Program-made: the position numbers and the translations under genes | The notes under the pieces: model-generated | Seen by the model: only the letters and a program-made list of their open reading frames with translations | What the model was told of the DNA's origin: nothing | Database searches by the model: none | Shown here: piece after piece, positions 1 through 9,327 of the stretch | How positions within the stretch are numbered: the first letter of the stretch is position 1 | Layout of the letters: each line of letters starts with the position of its first letter | Origin: Bacteroidaceae bacterium | Lineage (GTDB): Bacteria; Bacteroidota; Bacteroidia; Bacteroidales; Bacteroidaceae | DNA: 64,000 nucleotides | Reading direction: 5' to 3' | NCBI GenBank assembly: GCA_900772575.1 | Contig: CAAHEN010000248.1 | Coordinates: forward strand, 3,346 to 67,345

Positions 1-320
1 ATCGGCGGAGCCAGTTTGCGGATCTCCACTTCGGCGCTTTCCACTTGGAGCCAACGGCTGAAGATCCGCCTGAGCAAGTTGCCGCCGACGTGTTCCAGCA
101 GTGCCACGGGAGTGGCCATGACGTCGCTGACGAGGGCGAAGAGTTCCGCATAATTGACCGTCGCAGCCAGTTCGTCGGCAAAGATTGCACGCTCCGCACC
201 GCCGACAACACAGCTCAGTCTCACTTCATAGTCGCCACCCACCTTGCGTTCCTGGGGCAAGGCGCCGTGATAGGCATAAAAGCGCATGGCCGGCAGAGTA
301 ATGGCCAGTTGGGGATTCAT
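1..320 (-). CDS. folB: Dihydroneopterin aldolase (3' end runs off window)
   Basis: Hand translation from ATG at 320: MNPQLAITLPAMRFYAYHGALPQERKVGGDYEV...DELAATVNYAEL...LLEHVGG...EIRKLAPP. Contains the FolB motifs F.AYHG...E, T.NY, LLE and K..PP. Not in the ORF track because it is truncated. Confidence 0.9.
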   Translation of the reverse strand, partial: MNPQLAITLPAMRFYAYHGALPQERKVGGDYEVRLSCVVGGAERAIFADELAATVNYAELFALVSDVMATPVALLEHVGGNLLRRIFSRWLQVESAEVEIRKLAPP

Positions 321-351
321 GGTTTTCTGCTACCTGTTTTTCCTATACACC

Positions 352-2376
352 CTAGAGCGCGTTCTTAACCTTGAGGTTCGTCACCGTGCTCTTAAACAAT
401 CCGACCTCACGGAGCGGAAACACGAGTGTGCGCTGATAATGCATCTTCGCCTTGGGAGCATAGACCGTCGGACGCCATGCGCCTTCAGAGCCATACTGGT
501 AGTCCGGGCAATCCCCAGGACGCACGACGTAGAGCGTCTGCGGATCAAGTTCTTCGACCTTCCGCCCATCGACAAGCAAGCGCGTCATTCGGTTGTTTCC
601 TTGGATGGTTATCTCGACGGTTTTGTCCGTAGGGATACGGTAGTTGAACGTGTTGAGATAGCCGTCGCGCGAAAAGCCGAGCTTACCATCGCGCGGATCA
701 GACAGGTAAAAAGTGGCATTGGCCGACGTGAAGAGCGGCGTACCCTTTGTCTCGGCCACTCCCTTGACGGTAAAGGTGACGGTATAGTCATAGCCGACCT
801 CCTCGACATCCAGACGCATACCCGGACGCACCTCAGCCACATTGATCTCTTGTTTCAGACGCCCGGCCTCGTTGACCCCCGGAGCCTCACTGAGCGTATG
901 GCGCTGACGGTCGAAGTCGGCATACGGCAGGTGCGTTTTCTGTCCGGTCCAGCACTTGACCGCAAGGGTCTGCAGCGCTGGCATGACGCGATCGTGGATA
1001 TCTTTGGTTGAGATACCGTTGCCAACATGGTCGTTCCAGACAGCGAACATACCGCCCTCGATGGCCGGATTCTGCTCGTCGAACTTCTCACGTCCGATGA
1101 TGGCCGGCGTCCAGTTTTCGTAGAGGTGTTTGCAATTGAGATAGTCATAATAATAGCCTGCCGCCGGCACGATGTAGACCAGACCGTCCGGAATGCTCAC
1201 CAATTTATAGCCCTGCTTGATCATGTCACGCGGTTGCGCATAACCATTATACCAACAATACATGAGCACACCGTCCGACTTGACCGGCGTCTCGCCCTTG
1301 GCATGAGTCAGTGCCCCCCACACGACAGCCTCTTTGCCAAAGCTTTCGATATACTTGATGTAGTGATCTGTGAAGTAGCGGAACTTCTCGACTACCTCCT
1401 TCTTGGCATTGGAATATTCGTCGGTGCCGATGTGGACACGCTTGCCGCGAAACACAGGATTCTTACCGTCAACATATTCTTTGAAAAGGCCATCGAGAAA
1501 CTTGTACGTCTCCGGATTGAAGAGATCGAGATGGTCGTCACCGTAATCTTTGGAGGCGATTTCCGGCTTATAATGGGTGAAAGCCAAAGAGTGGGCAGGC
1601 ACATCTATTTCCGGAATGATCTCCACACCATAGGTCTCGGCCAGTTTCTGAAGATCTATAAATTCCTGCTTGGTATAGGCGCCATCTTTGGCTGTCAGGC
1701 CGGGATAAGTGGTACACTCCAAGCGGAATGCGGCCTGCGTCTTGTTCCAGTCGTTGTCAAAATATTGGCGGAAGCCATTGTCGTTAAGATGCACGTGGAG
1801 CGTGTTCATCTTGTAGTAAGCCAGTATTTTGACAAGACTACGCAGATAGGACATCGGAATAAACTTGCGCCCACAGTCCATCACAATGCCACGAAGCGCG
1901 TATTGTGGTATATCGGTCGTCACACCGCGTGGCAAAGAGCCGTCGGCGGATTGTTCCGTCAGTTGGAGCAAGGTACGCGTACCCCACATCAGCCCACGCT
2001 CTGTGGCCGCTGTGACCGTAGTGGCGTCACCGATATTCAGGCGATAGCCTTCACTGCCAAGCGCCTTGTCACGTGCCTGAACAAGCACGATGTCGCCCTT
2101 GCCGCTCTTGCCGCTGGCCACCCTGACGGTACGGCCTGTCAAGGCTTCATAGTCGGCGGCAAACAAGCGGGCGGCACGTTCGGCAGCTCGCCCCCCCTTA
2201 TAGACGACCCGCATCGTCGATGGCAAGAAGCGGCCTTCTCCCCCACTCCATGCTTGAAGTTCCGGGACGACGAACGGTTTCGGGTTTACCTCTGCGGAGA
2301 GATGCGCATTGGACGAAAGCACGAGGGCCATGACCCCCAAGCACAAAAAACGGTGCACAACATTATTGACGTTCAT
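352..2376 (-). CDS. GH20 beta-N-acetylhexosaminidase, secreted
   Basis: Signal peptide, RG..MDCGR, KMNTLHVHLND, IIPEIDVPAHS and catalytic HIGTDE. Confidence 0.9.
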   Translation of the reverse strand: MNVNNVVHRFLCLGVMALVLSSNAHLSAEVNPKPFVVPELQAWSGGEGRFLPSTMRVVYKGGRAAERAARLFAADYEALTGRTVRVASGKSGKGDIVLVQARDKALGSEGYRLNIGDATTVTAATERGLMWGTRTLLQLTEQSADGSLPRGVTTDIPQYALRGIVMDCGRKFIPMSYLRSLVKILAYYKMNTLHVHLNDNGFRQYFDNDWNKTQAAFRLECTTYPGLTAKDGAYTKQEFIDLQKLAETYGVEIIPEIDVPAHSLAFTHYKPEIASKDYGDDHLDLFNPETYKFLDGLFKEYVDGKNPVFRGKRVHIGTDEYSNAKKEVVEKFRYFTDHYIKYIESFGKEAVVWGALTHAKGETPVKSDGVLMYCWYNGYAQPRDMIKQGYKLVSIPDGLVYIVPAAGYYYDYLNCKHLYENWTPAIIGREKFDEQNPAIEGGMFAVWNDHVGNGISTKDIHDRVMPALQTLAVKCWTGQKTHLPYADFDRQRHTLSEAPGVNEAGRLKQEINVAEVRPGMRLDVEEVGYDYTVTFTVKGVAETKGTPLFTSANATFYLSDPRDGKLGFSRDGYLNTFNYRIPTDKTVEITIQGNNRMTRLLVDGRKVEELDPQTLYVVRPGDCPDYQYGSEGAWRPTVYAPKAKMHYQRTLVFPLREVGLFKSTVTNLKVKNAL

Positions 2377-2420
2377 AAGCAAGGTTTATGGATAAACGGT
2401 TATAGACAAGACGAAGGTTT

Positions 2421-2720
2421 TCATACAACAAAATCGACGCAACTGCGTGATGCGACAAACGGCTTGAGCCGCCCTGCAACAGCTTGATGATCTGGGTGTG
2501 CGGAGTAGGCACGTACGTCATCAAGCGTATCGAACATGCTGTCGAGGCAAATGTCGCAAGCCTCATCGGCGTTGATATTGAGCCCAACGGCAATGGCGCG
2601 TATTGTCGGTATCACAGCGGGCAAAGCCTCTATGCCCTGCTTGAAATTGTTCATGGCCTTTTCCTTTTCCTCAAAAGAAAGACCATCCTTGAGTCTGAAA
2701 ATAACGATGTGTTTGACCAT
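2421..2720 (-). CDS. Dabb family (stress-responsive A/B barrel) protein
   Basis: MVKHIVIFRLK...YSAHPDHQAV...VDF; ATG at 2720 with a TAATTTTG promoter box on the minus strand at 2751-2758. Confidence 0.85.
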   Translation of the reverse strand: MVKHIVIFRLKDGLSFEEKEKAMNNFKQGIEALPAVIPTIRAIAVGLNINADEACDICLDSMFDTLDDVRAYSAHPDHQAVAGRLKPFVASRSCVDFVV

Positions 2721-2848
2721 ATAAGGATATTGTTGTAACTTTGTCTCGTGCAAAATTAATACTTCATCGTCACTTGACAAGGGCTGGGGCCCTGAATTTG
2801 GTGACATTCAGCAGAAAACAGATTTCACCGCACCTTCCAACCAAGACA

Positions 2849-4093
2849 ATGCGTCACGTCTATACCATACTGTACATCGTGGTACCGCTTCTCATACTGT
2901 CGTGCACCAACAAGCAGGAACGCGGTATGAACGGTGCCTTCGCACCAGAAAAGCCGACGGCCAAACATACCACCAACAACTATGACCTCGACGCCATCAG
3001 CCGATCGGGAGAACTCATCGTGGCAACACTGAGCGGTCCCGTCACCTATTTCGACTACCAAGGACAACCCATGGGACTGCAGTATGCACTTGCCGCAGAC
3101 TTTGCCCACCGTGAAGGCATCAGCATTCGCATCGAGACTGCACACGACACAACGGAATTGCTCGACATGCTCACCAAAGGCGATGCGGACCTCATAGCCC
3201 TCCCCCTCCCCGTCAGCCGCATCAAAGCCGAAAAACTGGCGCCTGCCGGCGCCACAGACAAGGCACGTTCCACTTCATGGGCCATACGTTCTGGCTGCCC
3301 AGACCTGGCGCAAGCACTGCAAGACTGGTATGACGCCAATCCGCTTGTCGCCGTGGCCCGCAAAGAGAAAATCCGCTTCGACGAGCGCCGCCAAGTGCGA
3401 CGACACGTCCGCGCCCCATACTTGTCGCGTGAGAAAGGCGTGATTTCCGCATACGACGCCCACTTCCGTCAGGCCGCAGCCAACACCGGTCTGGACTGGC
3501 GGCTCATCGCCGCACAATGCTACCAAGAATCAGGATTCGACCCAAACGCCGTGTCGTGGGCCGGTGCACGCGGACTAATGCAGATCATGCCGCGCACGGC
3601 GCAAGGACTAGGTGTATCGCCAGACGAACTCTACTCGCCAGAGGTCAACATCTCGGCCGCAGCACGCTACCTGAACAGCCTCAGCACGCAATTCGCAGAC
3701 ATACGGGATCACAGCGAGCGCATCAGCTTTATTCTGGCAGCCTACAATGGCGGTTCCGGCCACATCCGCGACGCCATGGCTCTGGCAAAAAAACATGGGC
3801 GCAACGCCCACAGTTGGAATGACGTGTCTTTCTTCGTGCGTCACCTGACGGAGGCCCACTACTACCGTGATCCGGTCGTACGCTACGGCTATATGATAGG
3901 AAACGAGACCTACAACTATGTCGAGGCCGTTCTGGCACGTTGGCAAGCCTACGGCGGCAAGCCGGGCATGGGCATTGTCCCACATGGGCAAGACACACCG
4001 GCATCACCACGACAGCCACGCAAACGCAACCGTTTCTCGAAGGAGCAGCAAGTACTCACTCCCGAAGAGCTCGAGAGACTCGGCACCTCATAA
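2849..4093 (+). CDS. MltF-like lytic transglycosylase (substrate-binding domain + SLT domain), probable lipoprotein
   Basis: Lipobox LILSC; N-terminal SBP-like region (GELIVAT..YF.Y.G..MG..Y.L); SLT motifs QESGF, GARGLMQIMP, AAYNGG, ETYNYV. Confidence 0.88.
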   Translation: MRHVYTILYIVVPLLILSCTNKQERGMNGAFAPEKPTAKHTTNNYDLDAISRSGELIVATLSGPVTYFDYQGQPMGLQYALAADFAHREGISIRIETAHDTTELLDMLTKGDADLIALPLPVSRIKAEKLAPAGATDKARSTSWAIRSGCPDLAQALQDWYDANPLVAVARKEKIRFDERRQVRRHVRAPYLSREKGVISAYDAHFRQAAANTGLDWRLIAAQCYQESGFDPNAVSWAGARGLMQIMPRTAQGLGVSPDELYSPEVNISAAARYLNSLSTQFADIRDHSERISFILAAYNGGSGHIRDAMALAKKHGRNAHSWNDVSFFVRHLTEAHYYRDPVVRYGYMIGNETYNYVEAVLARWQAYGGKPGMGIVPHGQDTPASPRQPRKRNRFSKEQQVLTPEELERLGTS

Positions 4094-4105
4094 ACATATC
4101 CCATC

Positions 4106-7100
4106 ATGCCCGTCCCTGCCACTGACATATTTACAGACCTGCGCACACTGCTCAAGACGAGCGGTACACCAACCGCACGCTATAGCCAACTATATGCCAT
4201 ACTCAGCCGCCTATGCTCAGCCTATGCCGAAACACTCAACACGGATTTCTCCGGCTTGTTCTCACGACTATATGCCATCTGCCAAGCAACTGGTATCGAC
4301 CATCACACCATAGATGCAGTCAGGCGCCGCGCCCGTCTGTTCATGAATGAGCAGACCGACTCCCCCTTTGAGCAGGCATGCTTCGACGCTGACACAAGGA
4401 CAGTGGCCACCTTTGCCTCCAGACTGTGGAACACAGATCTGCCTGATGATCTCCAAGACCCGCACAGGCGCCGCATTGCCACGAAAGGCACCACAAAGCG
4501 GAGTGGGCACGTGGCAAAAGTACGCGCCATCGTCACGGCAGTTGACCGACAGGGCACTACCGTGGCCTTCACGACGGGAAGCCGCGAGCTGACCGCCACC
4601 TGCCCACACCTCCAACGAACCATTAATGTTCTGGAGCCAGGCATGCCGGTCAACCTCATCGATGTGAGAGACACCAAACCCCAAGAGACACAAGTCGGCA
4701 TGATCATCATTGACCCTGACTACCTGATAGACGTCAGCGCACTCACAGCGGCATTCAAGCCCTATGGCGCACAAGCCGCCAACTATCTGCTAGACCTACT
4801 CACACCGCGGCAAAACACGCCGGCTATCATGTTGGGAAATGCGGCCAATGACTTTATGGACGAGCTTGTCAACAATCCAGCACCGGCAGACTCCCCTGTA
4901 ACACGCGCCGAACTTTACGGGAAGGCACTTCGCAAACACTTCTACAATCACCTCCTGACATATGCCTGTCTTGAAGAACCTTTGGGGCCGGACTATTTCG
5001 AGGCTCTCCGTACCACTTTCGACCACATAGCCGATGCTGTAACCGGGCAATTCGGTACGGCCGAGGTCGGGCTTCCACTCGACAGTGTACTACTGGAACC
5101 GGCCTTCATCTGCGAGACCTTGGGGCTACGCGGCCGTTTCGACGTCATGGCTGTTGACCATCACTCGCTCGTAGAGCTCAAGAGCGGGAAAGCCGAGGAA
5201 TTTGGCGGCCAAGTCAGGCCACGCCATCCCCATGTGTTGCAGATGTCACTCTACAAGGAAATGCTGCACTACAACTTCGGCCTGCCACGAGACACCATCA
5301 AGTCATTCCTTTTCTATAGCCGCTACCCAGCTTTCTACCATGAGCGCAGCAGTGCGGACGCTGTCAACGAAGCGCTAGAGCTCCGCAACGAAATAGTGGC
5401 CATGGAGCAGGCGTTGCGACATGGAGCCTGTTCTTCCATTCTGGCCCGTCTCGAGCCCGATCAGCTCAACCGGAAAGGGACAAGAGGACGCTTCTGGCAG
5501 AACTACCTTCGATCATCAATCGAAAGGGTCTCACAGCCCCTTGAGGCAGCATCACCCCTTGAAAAAAAATACCTCTACCATTTCCTCACCTTTATAGAAA
5601 GAGAAAAATATCTGGGCAAGACGTCAGACAACCGCCCAGACTCTAACCGAGGCCTTGCCTCCGCGTGGACAACAGACCTGAAAACCAAGCAGGCAGCTGG
5701 CGACATACTCATCAATCTACAGATAACCAGTGCCTCGGGAGAGGGCGGCATCGATTGCCTGACATTTGCCCTGCCCGACTATGGTCCCGATTTCATCCCC
5801 AACTTCAATCAAGGCGAAATGGTACAGCTCTACGAACGCCGAGACGAACGGGACAACGTGACGACACGGCAGCTAGTACGAGGCTATATCGAATCGCTAA
5901 CCAGTGAGTGTCTCCAGCTGCGCCTCAACTATAAGCAACGCAATGTCCGCCTGTTTCCAGCCGAAACGCGCTACGCCATCGAGCACGACGGTTCTGACGC
6001 CCCCGCCACAACAGCCGTTCGCGGCTTGTTCAGCCTGTTGACTGCCACTCCACGACGCCGCGCCCTACTGCTGGGGCAGCGGTTGCCTGAAGTAGGCCAA
6101 CCGCTGCCGCTGCTTGGCAACTATCCCGCAGCGACGGCGGCCATTGTCAGTGCGGCAAGCCGTGCCCAAGACTATTTCCTACTCATAGGGCCACCGGGTA
6201 CCGGCAAGACAAGTGTTGCCCTCAAAGCCATGGTTCAGGAGTTCCTATTGCGCCAAGAATCTCACACAGACGGCGCAGGCCTGCTCCTCATGGCGTACAC
6301 CAATCGTGCAGTCGATGAAATCTGCGGTATGCTCGAAACCATTCCAGCTCCCTACGTGCGCCTAGGCAACAAACAGGTATGCCACAAGGATTTCCGTCCA
6401 CGCCTCATCGGCGAACTGTTGAAGGATTGCCATAACCGGCGTGAAGTGCGCGAAGCCATGGCCACCCTCCCCATTGTCGTCGGCACGGTTTCCACACTCG
6501 CCTCCCACACCGAGATCTTCAGGCTACGTCCTTTTGAGGCCATCATCGACGAGGCCTCTCAAGTGCTGGAGCCGCAAATTCTTGGTCTACTGTGCGGAAA
6601 GACAGATGATGGACACAGCGCCATACGCCGGTTTGTCATGATTGGCGACCACAAACAGCTGCCTGCCGTGGTGCTGCTCCCCGACAGTCAGACCCGCGTC
6701 ACAGACAAGGACTTACGCGAGATTGGCTTGACAGACCTACGCAACTCCCTCTTCCAACGCCTGCACCAGCTGCTTGAGACAAAAAATTGCACGACTTGCA
6801 TGGCCCTGCTCGATCGGCAAGGACGTATGCACGAAGACATCTGCCAGTTTGTCAACTCCGAATTTTACGACCAGCGCCTACAGGCCGTCCCCCTGCCCCA
6901 TCAGACAAGCCCTCTCAATCTACGGCACACCACGACATCTCTTGAACAGTTCATCGCCACAACACGCATGGGGTTCATAGACATTCGCCCTAACACGTTA
7001 CCTTCAAACAACAAAGCCAACACCGACGAAGCCAACTGTGTGGCCCGTCTCATCGCTGAAATCAACACTCTCTATGCCCGCAACCACCGCCAGCTGGATA

Positions 7101-7450
7101 TGGACAGGCAGATTGGCGTCATCGTTCCATTCCGCAATCAGATAGGCAGAGTGCGCCAAGCTCTGCGCGAACTGGACATTGACGGCACACGGCTGACCGT
7201 CGATACCGTCGAGTGCTACCAAGGCAGCCAACGCGACATCATCATCTTCTCGACAACCATCAGCCAGCCTTACCAGCTCGACATCCTCTCTAACGAGCAG
7301 CAAGTCGGCAACACCACAGTAGATCGCAAACTCAATGTCGCGCTTACCAGAGCCCGGCTACAATTTTTCATGATAGGCAATGGTGCCATACTCAAGCAAC
7401 GGACCATCTACGCGCGCCTCATCTCCAATTGCAAGATTTACAACTGCTAA
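4106..7450 (+). CDS. Dna2-like PD-(D/E)XK nuclease + SF1 (Upf1/Dna2-type) helicase
   Basis: Nuclease motifs GLRGRFD..ELKSG..H..Q...Y; helicase motifs GPPGTGKT, AYTNRAVD, IIDEASQ, IGDHKQLP, QGRM, TVECYQGSQRD, KLNVALTRAR. Confidence 0.85.
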   Translation: MPVPATDIFTDLRTLLKTSGTPTARYSQLYAILSRLCSAYAETLNTDFSGLFSRLYAICQATGIDHHTIDAVRRRARLFMNEQTDSPFEQACFDADTRTVATFASRLWNTDLPDDLQDPHRRRIATKGTTKRSGHVAKVRAIVTAVDRQGTTVAFTTGSRELTATCPHLQRTINVLEPGMPVNLIDVRDTKPQETQVGMIIIDPDYLIDVSALTAAFKPYGAQAANYLLDLLTPRQNTPAIMLGNAANDFMDELVNNPAPADSPVTRAELYGKALRKHFYNHLLTYACLEEPLGPDYFEALRTTFDHIADAVTGQFGTAEVGLPLDSVLLEPAFICETLGLRGRFDVMAVDHHSLVELKSGKAEEFGGQVRPRHPHVLQMSLYKEMLHYNFGLPRDTIKSFLFYSRYPAFYHERSSADAVNEALELRNEIVAMEQALRHGACSSILARLEPDQLNRKGTRGRFWQNYLRSSIERVSQPLEAASPLEKKYLYHFLTFIEREKYLGKTSDNRPDSNRGLASAWTTDLKTKQAAGDILINLQITSASGEGGIDCLTFALPDYGPDFIPNFNQGEMVQLYERRDERDNVTTRQLVRGYIESLTSECLQLRLNYKQRNVRLFPAETRYAIEHDGSDAPATTAVRGLFSLLTATPRRRALLLGQRLPEVGQPLPLLGNYPAATAAIVSAASRAQDYFLLIGPPGTGKTSVALKAMVQEFLLRQESHTDGAGLLLMAYTNRAVDEICGMLETIPAPYVRLGNKQVCHKDFRPRLIGELLKDCHNRREVREAMATLPIVVGTVSTLASHTEIFRLRPFEAIIDEASQVLEPQILGLLCGKTDDGHSAIRRFVMIGDHKQLPAVVLLPDSQTRVTDKDLREIGLTDLRNSLFQRLHQLLETKNCTTCMALLDRQGRMHEDICQFVNSEFYDQRLQAVPLPHQTSPLNLRHTTTSLEQFIATTRMGFIDIRPNTLPSNNKANTDEANCVARLIAEINTLYARNHRQLDMDRQIGVIVPFRNQIGRVRQALRELDIDGTRLTVDTVECYQGSQRDIIIFSTTISQPYQLDILSNEQQVGNTTVDRKLNVALTRARLQFFMIGNGAILKQRTIYARLISNCKIYNC

Positions 7451-7482
7451 GCGTTTTCACTTGAAAAAAATCATCCAAAACC

Positions 7483-7513
7483 TTTGCCATTTCACACCAT
7501 TGATGTAACTTTG
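7483..7513 (+). promoter_or_regulatory. Bacteroidetes primary-sigma promoter for tRNA-Lys
   Basis: TTTG (7483-7486), 19-nt spacer, TAACTTTG (7506-7513). Confidence 0.85.
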
Positions 7514-7536
7514 CACTCGCAAAACGAGCTAAGCCT

Positions 7537-7609
7537 GCACTCTTAGCTCAGTTGGTAGAGCAACTGACTCTTAATCAGTGGGTCCAGGGTTCGAACCCCT
7601 GAGAGTGTA
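7537..7609 (+). tRNA. tRNA-Lys(CTT)
   Basis: Acceptor GCACTCT/AGAGTGT, D-arm GCTCAGTTGGTAGAGC, anticodon arm ACTGA-CTCTTAA-TCAGT, T-arm CAGGG-TTCGAAC-CCCTG; CCA not encoded. Confidence 0.97.
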
Positions 7610-7616
7610 CAAATTG

Positions 7617-7653
7617 CAAGGAGCATATCTCTCATGATATAGCTCCTTGTTTT
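7617..7653 (+). terminator. Intrinsic terminator after tRNA-Lys
   Basis: CAAGGAGC-ATATC...GATAT-A-GCTCCTTG followed by TTTT. Confidence 0.75.
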
Positions 7654-7948
7654 CGTTATGCGGATATCAAGGCATCAGCAATCCAACAAGATTCGGACTC
7701 TTCCGTTCACCCGCAGAATGCGGGCGAACGGTTAAATGCGTTAAATCTAAAAAAACGGAATCGCCAGAGGAGGTTCCAAGACCAAATGCCTTTTTCGCCG
7801 GTCTATGTCCATATCATTCAGATACATATAAATCAAGACTAAGGCTGTGACATGGAAGCCAGAAGCCAGTATGAACCTTGGGCACTGAAAACGGGCTGTT
7901 CTGTATCTCGCCGCATTGTCTTATTTTTGCAGGCAAATCAAAGCTTAC

Positions 7949-9280
7949 ATGCATCATGCCTCCTGCGGGCCTATCGGCCTCACATCCTCTTCATTCCGGC
8001 CTCGTTGCTGGTTCTTCCTGCTCATCGCGCTACTCGCAACGCTGAACTGCGCCTGCAACGGTGATGACGATGGACTGACCATCCCCCCCATCACTCCAAC
8101 CGACACCGCCAATCGCACAGTCCTCATATACATGGCGGCGCAAAATTCGCTTGGGAGCGGTGGCTGGCAGCAGAAAGACTCTGTCGAAATCATGCTTGGC
8201 CGCCAGTTTGTCGCCTCAACAAACCGCCTTCTCGTCTTTATAGACGATGCCAAAGCACCACGCCTCTATCGCGTCATCAAGGAATGGCCCCAACCAGTGC
8301 TCGTCAGATCATGGGACACTGACGTCAACTCCACTTCACCTGAAGTGCTGTCCGACGTACTGAGGTGGACGCGTACCAATTTTCCGGCACGCGAGTACGG
8401 CCTTGTCATGTGGTCACATGCCGACGGCTGGATTCCGGCGACAGACAAGGACTACACGTCAAACACCCGGCGTCGTGGCATTCAACCATATTCGTTCGGC
8501 ATCGATGACGGCAGCCGGATGGGCACCGATACTGGCACACAGATGGACGTAGATGATATGGCCGCTGCCATCACGGCGGCACAAGTGCACTTGCGCTTCC
8601 TGTTTTTCGATGCCTGCCTGATGCAGAATATCGAAGTGGCCTATGCCCTCAAAGATGTCACAGACTACCTGATAGCGTCGCCCATATCCACTCCTGCGGC
8701 TGGTTCGAACTATACGCACCAGCTAAGAGATGCCTTTTTCGATACAGATCCCACCAATATCGTAACAACCTATTACGCTGACGTCACCGACAAGACGCAG
8801 CAAAGCAGCTATGCCGACTATGGCATAGTTGTCTCTGCCATACGTACTGACCGCCTTGACGCACTGGCCGAAGCCTTCAGTGAAGCCCTGCCCATATCGG
8901 CATTGGCTGGCCGCACCTCACCGAACATGGACGGCGTACTCAACTACCAAGCCTACTCATGGAACTATTTCTACCGCCCGCACAACTACGACGCAGCCGA
9001 GGCCGTCAGACGCCTATTCCCCGAAAACGCACAACCGCGATTGCTACAGGCCATCAACGATGCCGTTGTCCGCAAGGCAGCGACGACCGAGTTCTGGATA
9101 GGCCCGGGTTATTCCTCTTATAAGACCGTACCGACAGACAGCTACTGCGGTGTATCCATGTTCGTACCGCAGACTGCCTATACCCTCAATGCTGGCGCAT
9201 GTCCCCATGGAGACCATAACGCCAACTTCACTGCGACGCGTTGGTACGCCGCCGCCGGCTGGGCACAGACCGGCTGGTGA
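7949..9280 (+). CDS. Clostripain-family (C11) cysteine peptidase, probable lipoprotein
   Basis: RTVLIYMAAQNSL, YGLVMWSHADGW (catalytic His), FLFFDACLMQNIEVAY (catalytic Cys); hydrophobic signal ending in CAC-NGDDD. Start codon uncertain. Confidence 0.88.
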   Translation: MHHASCGPIGLTSSSFRPRCWFFLLIALLATLNCACNGDDDGLTIPPITPTDTANRTVLIYMAAQNSLGSGGWQQKDSVEIMLGRQFVASTNRLLVFIDDAKAPRLYRVIKEWPQPVLVRSWDTDVNSTSPEVLSDVLRWTRTNFPAREYGLVMWSHADGWIPATDKDYTSNTRRRGIQPYSFGIDDGSRMGTDTGTQMDVDDMAAAITAAQVHLRFLFFDACLMQNIEVAYALKDVTDYLIASPISTPAAGSNYTHQLRDAFFDTDPTNIVTTYYADVTDKTQQSSYADYGIVVSAIRTDRLDALAEAFSEALPISALAGRTSPNMDGVLNYQAYSWNYFYRPHNYDAAEAVRRLFPENAQPRLLQAINDAVVRKAATTEFWIGPGYSSYKTVPTDSYCGVSMFVPQTAYTLNAGACPHGDHNANFTATRWYAAAGWAQTGW

Positions 9281-9327
9281 GCGGGATACACTTTTTGGGG
9301 TACTGACCTAATCCCCCTTTCCCGTTG

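Noticed and set aside
1027..2487. 486-aa plus-strand ORF (also 286..1011)
   Set aside because: Antisense shadow of the GH20 gene; no recognisable motifs.
4106..7450. CRISPR-Cas or clear defence locus suggested by the Cas4-like nuclease
   Set aside because: No repeat-spacer array, cas genes or other defence genes nearby.
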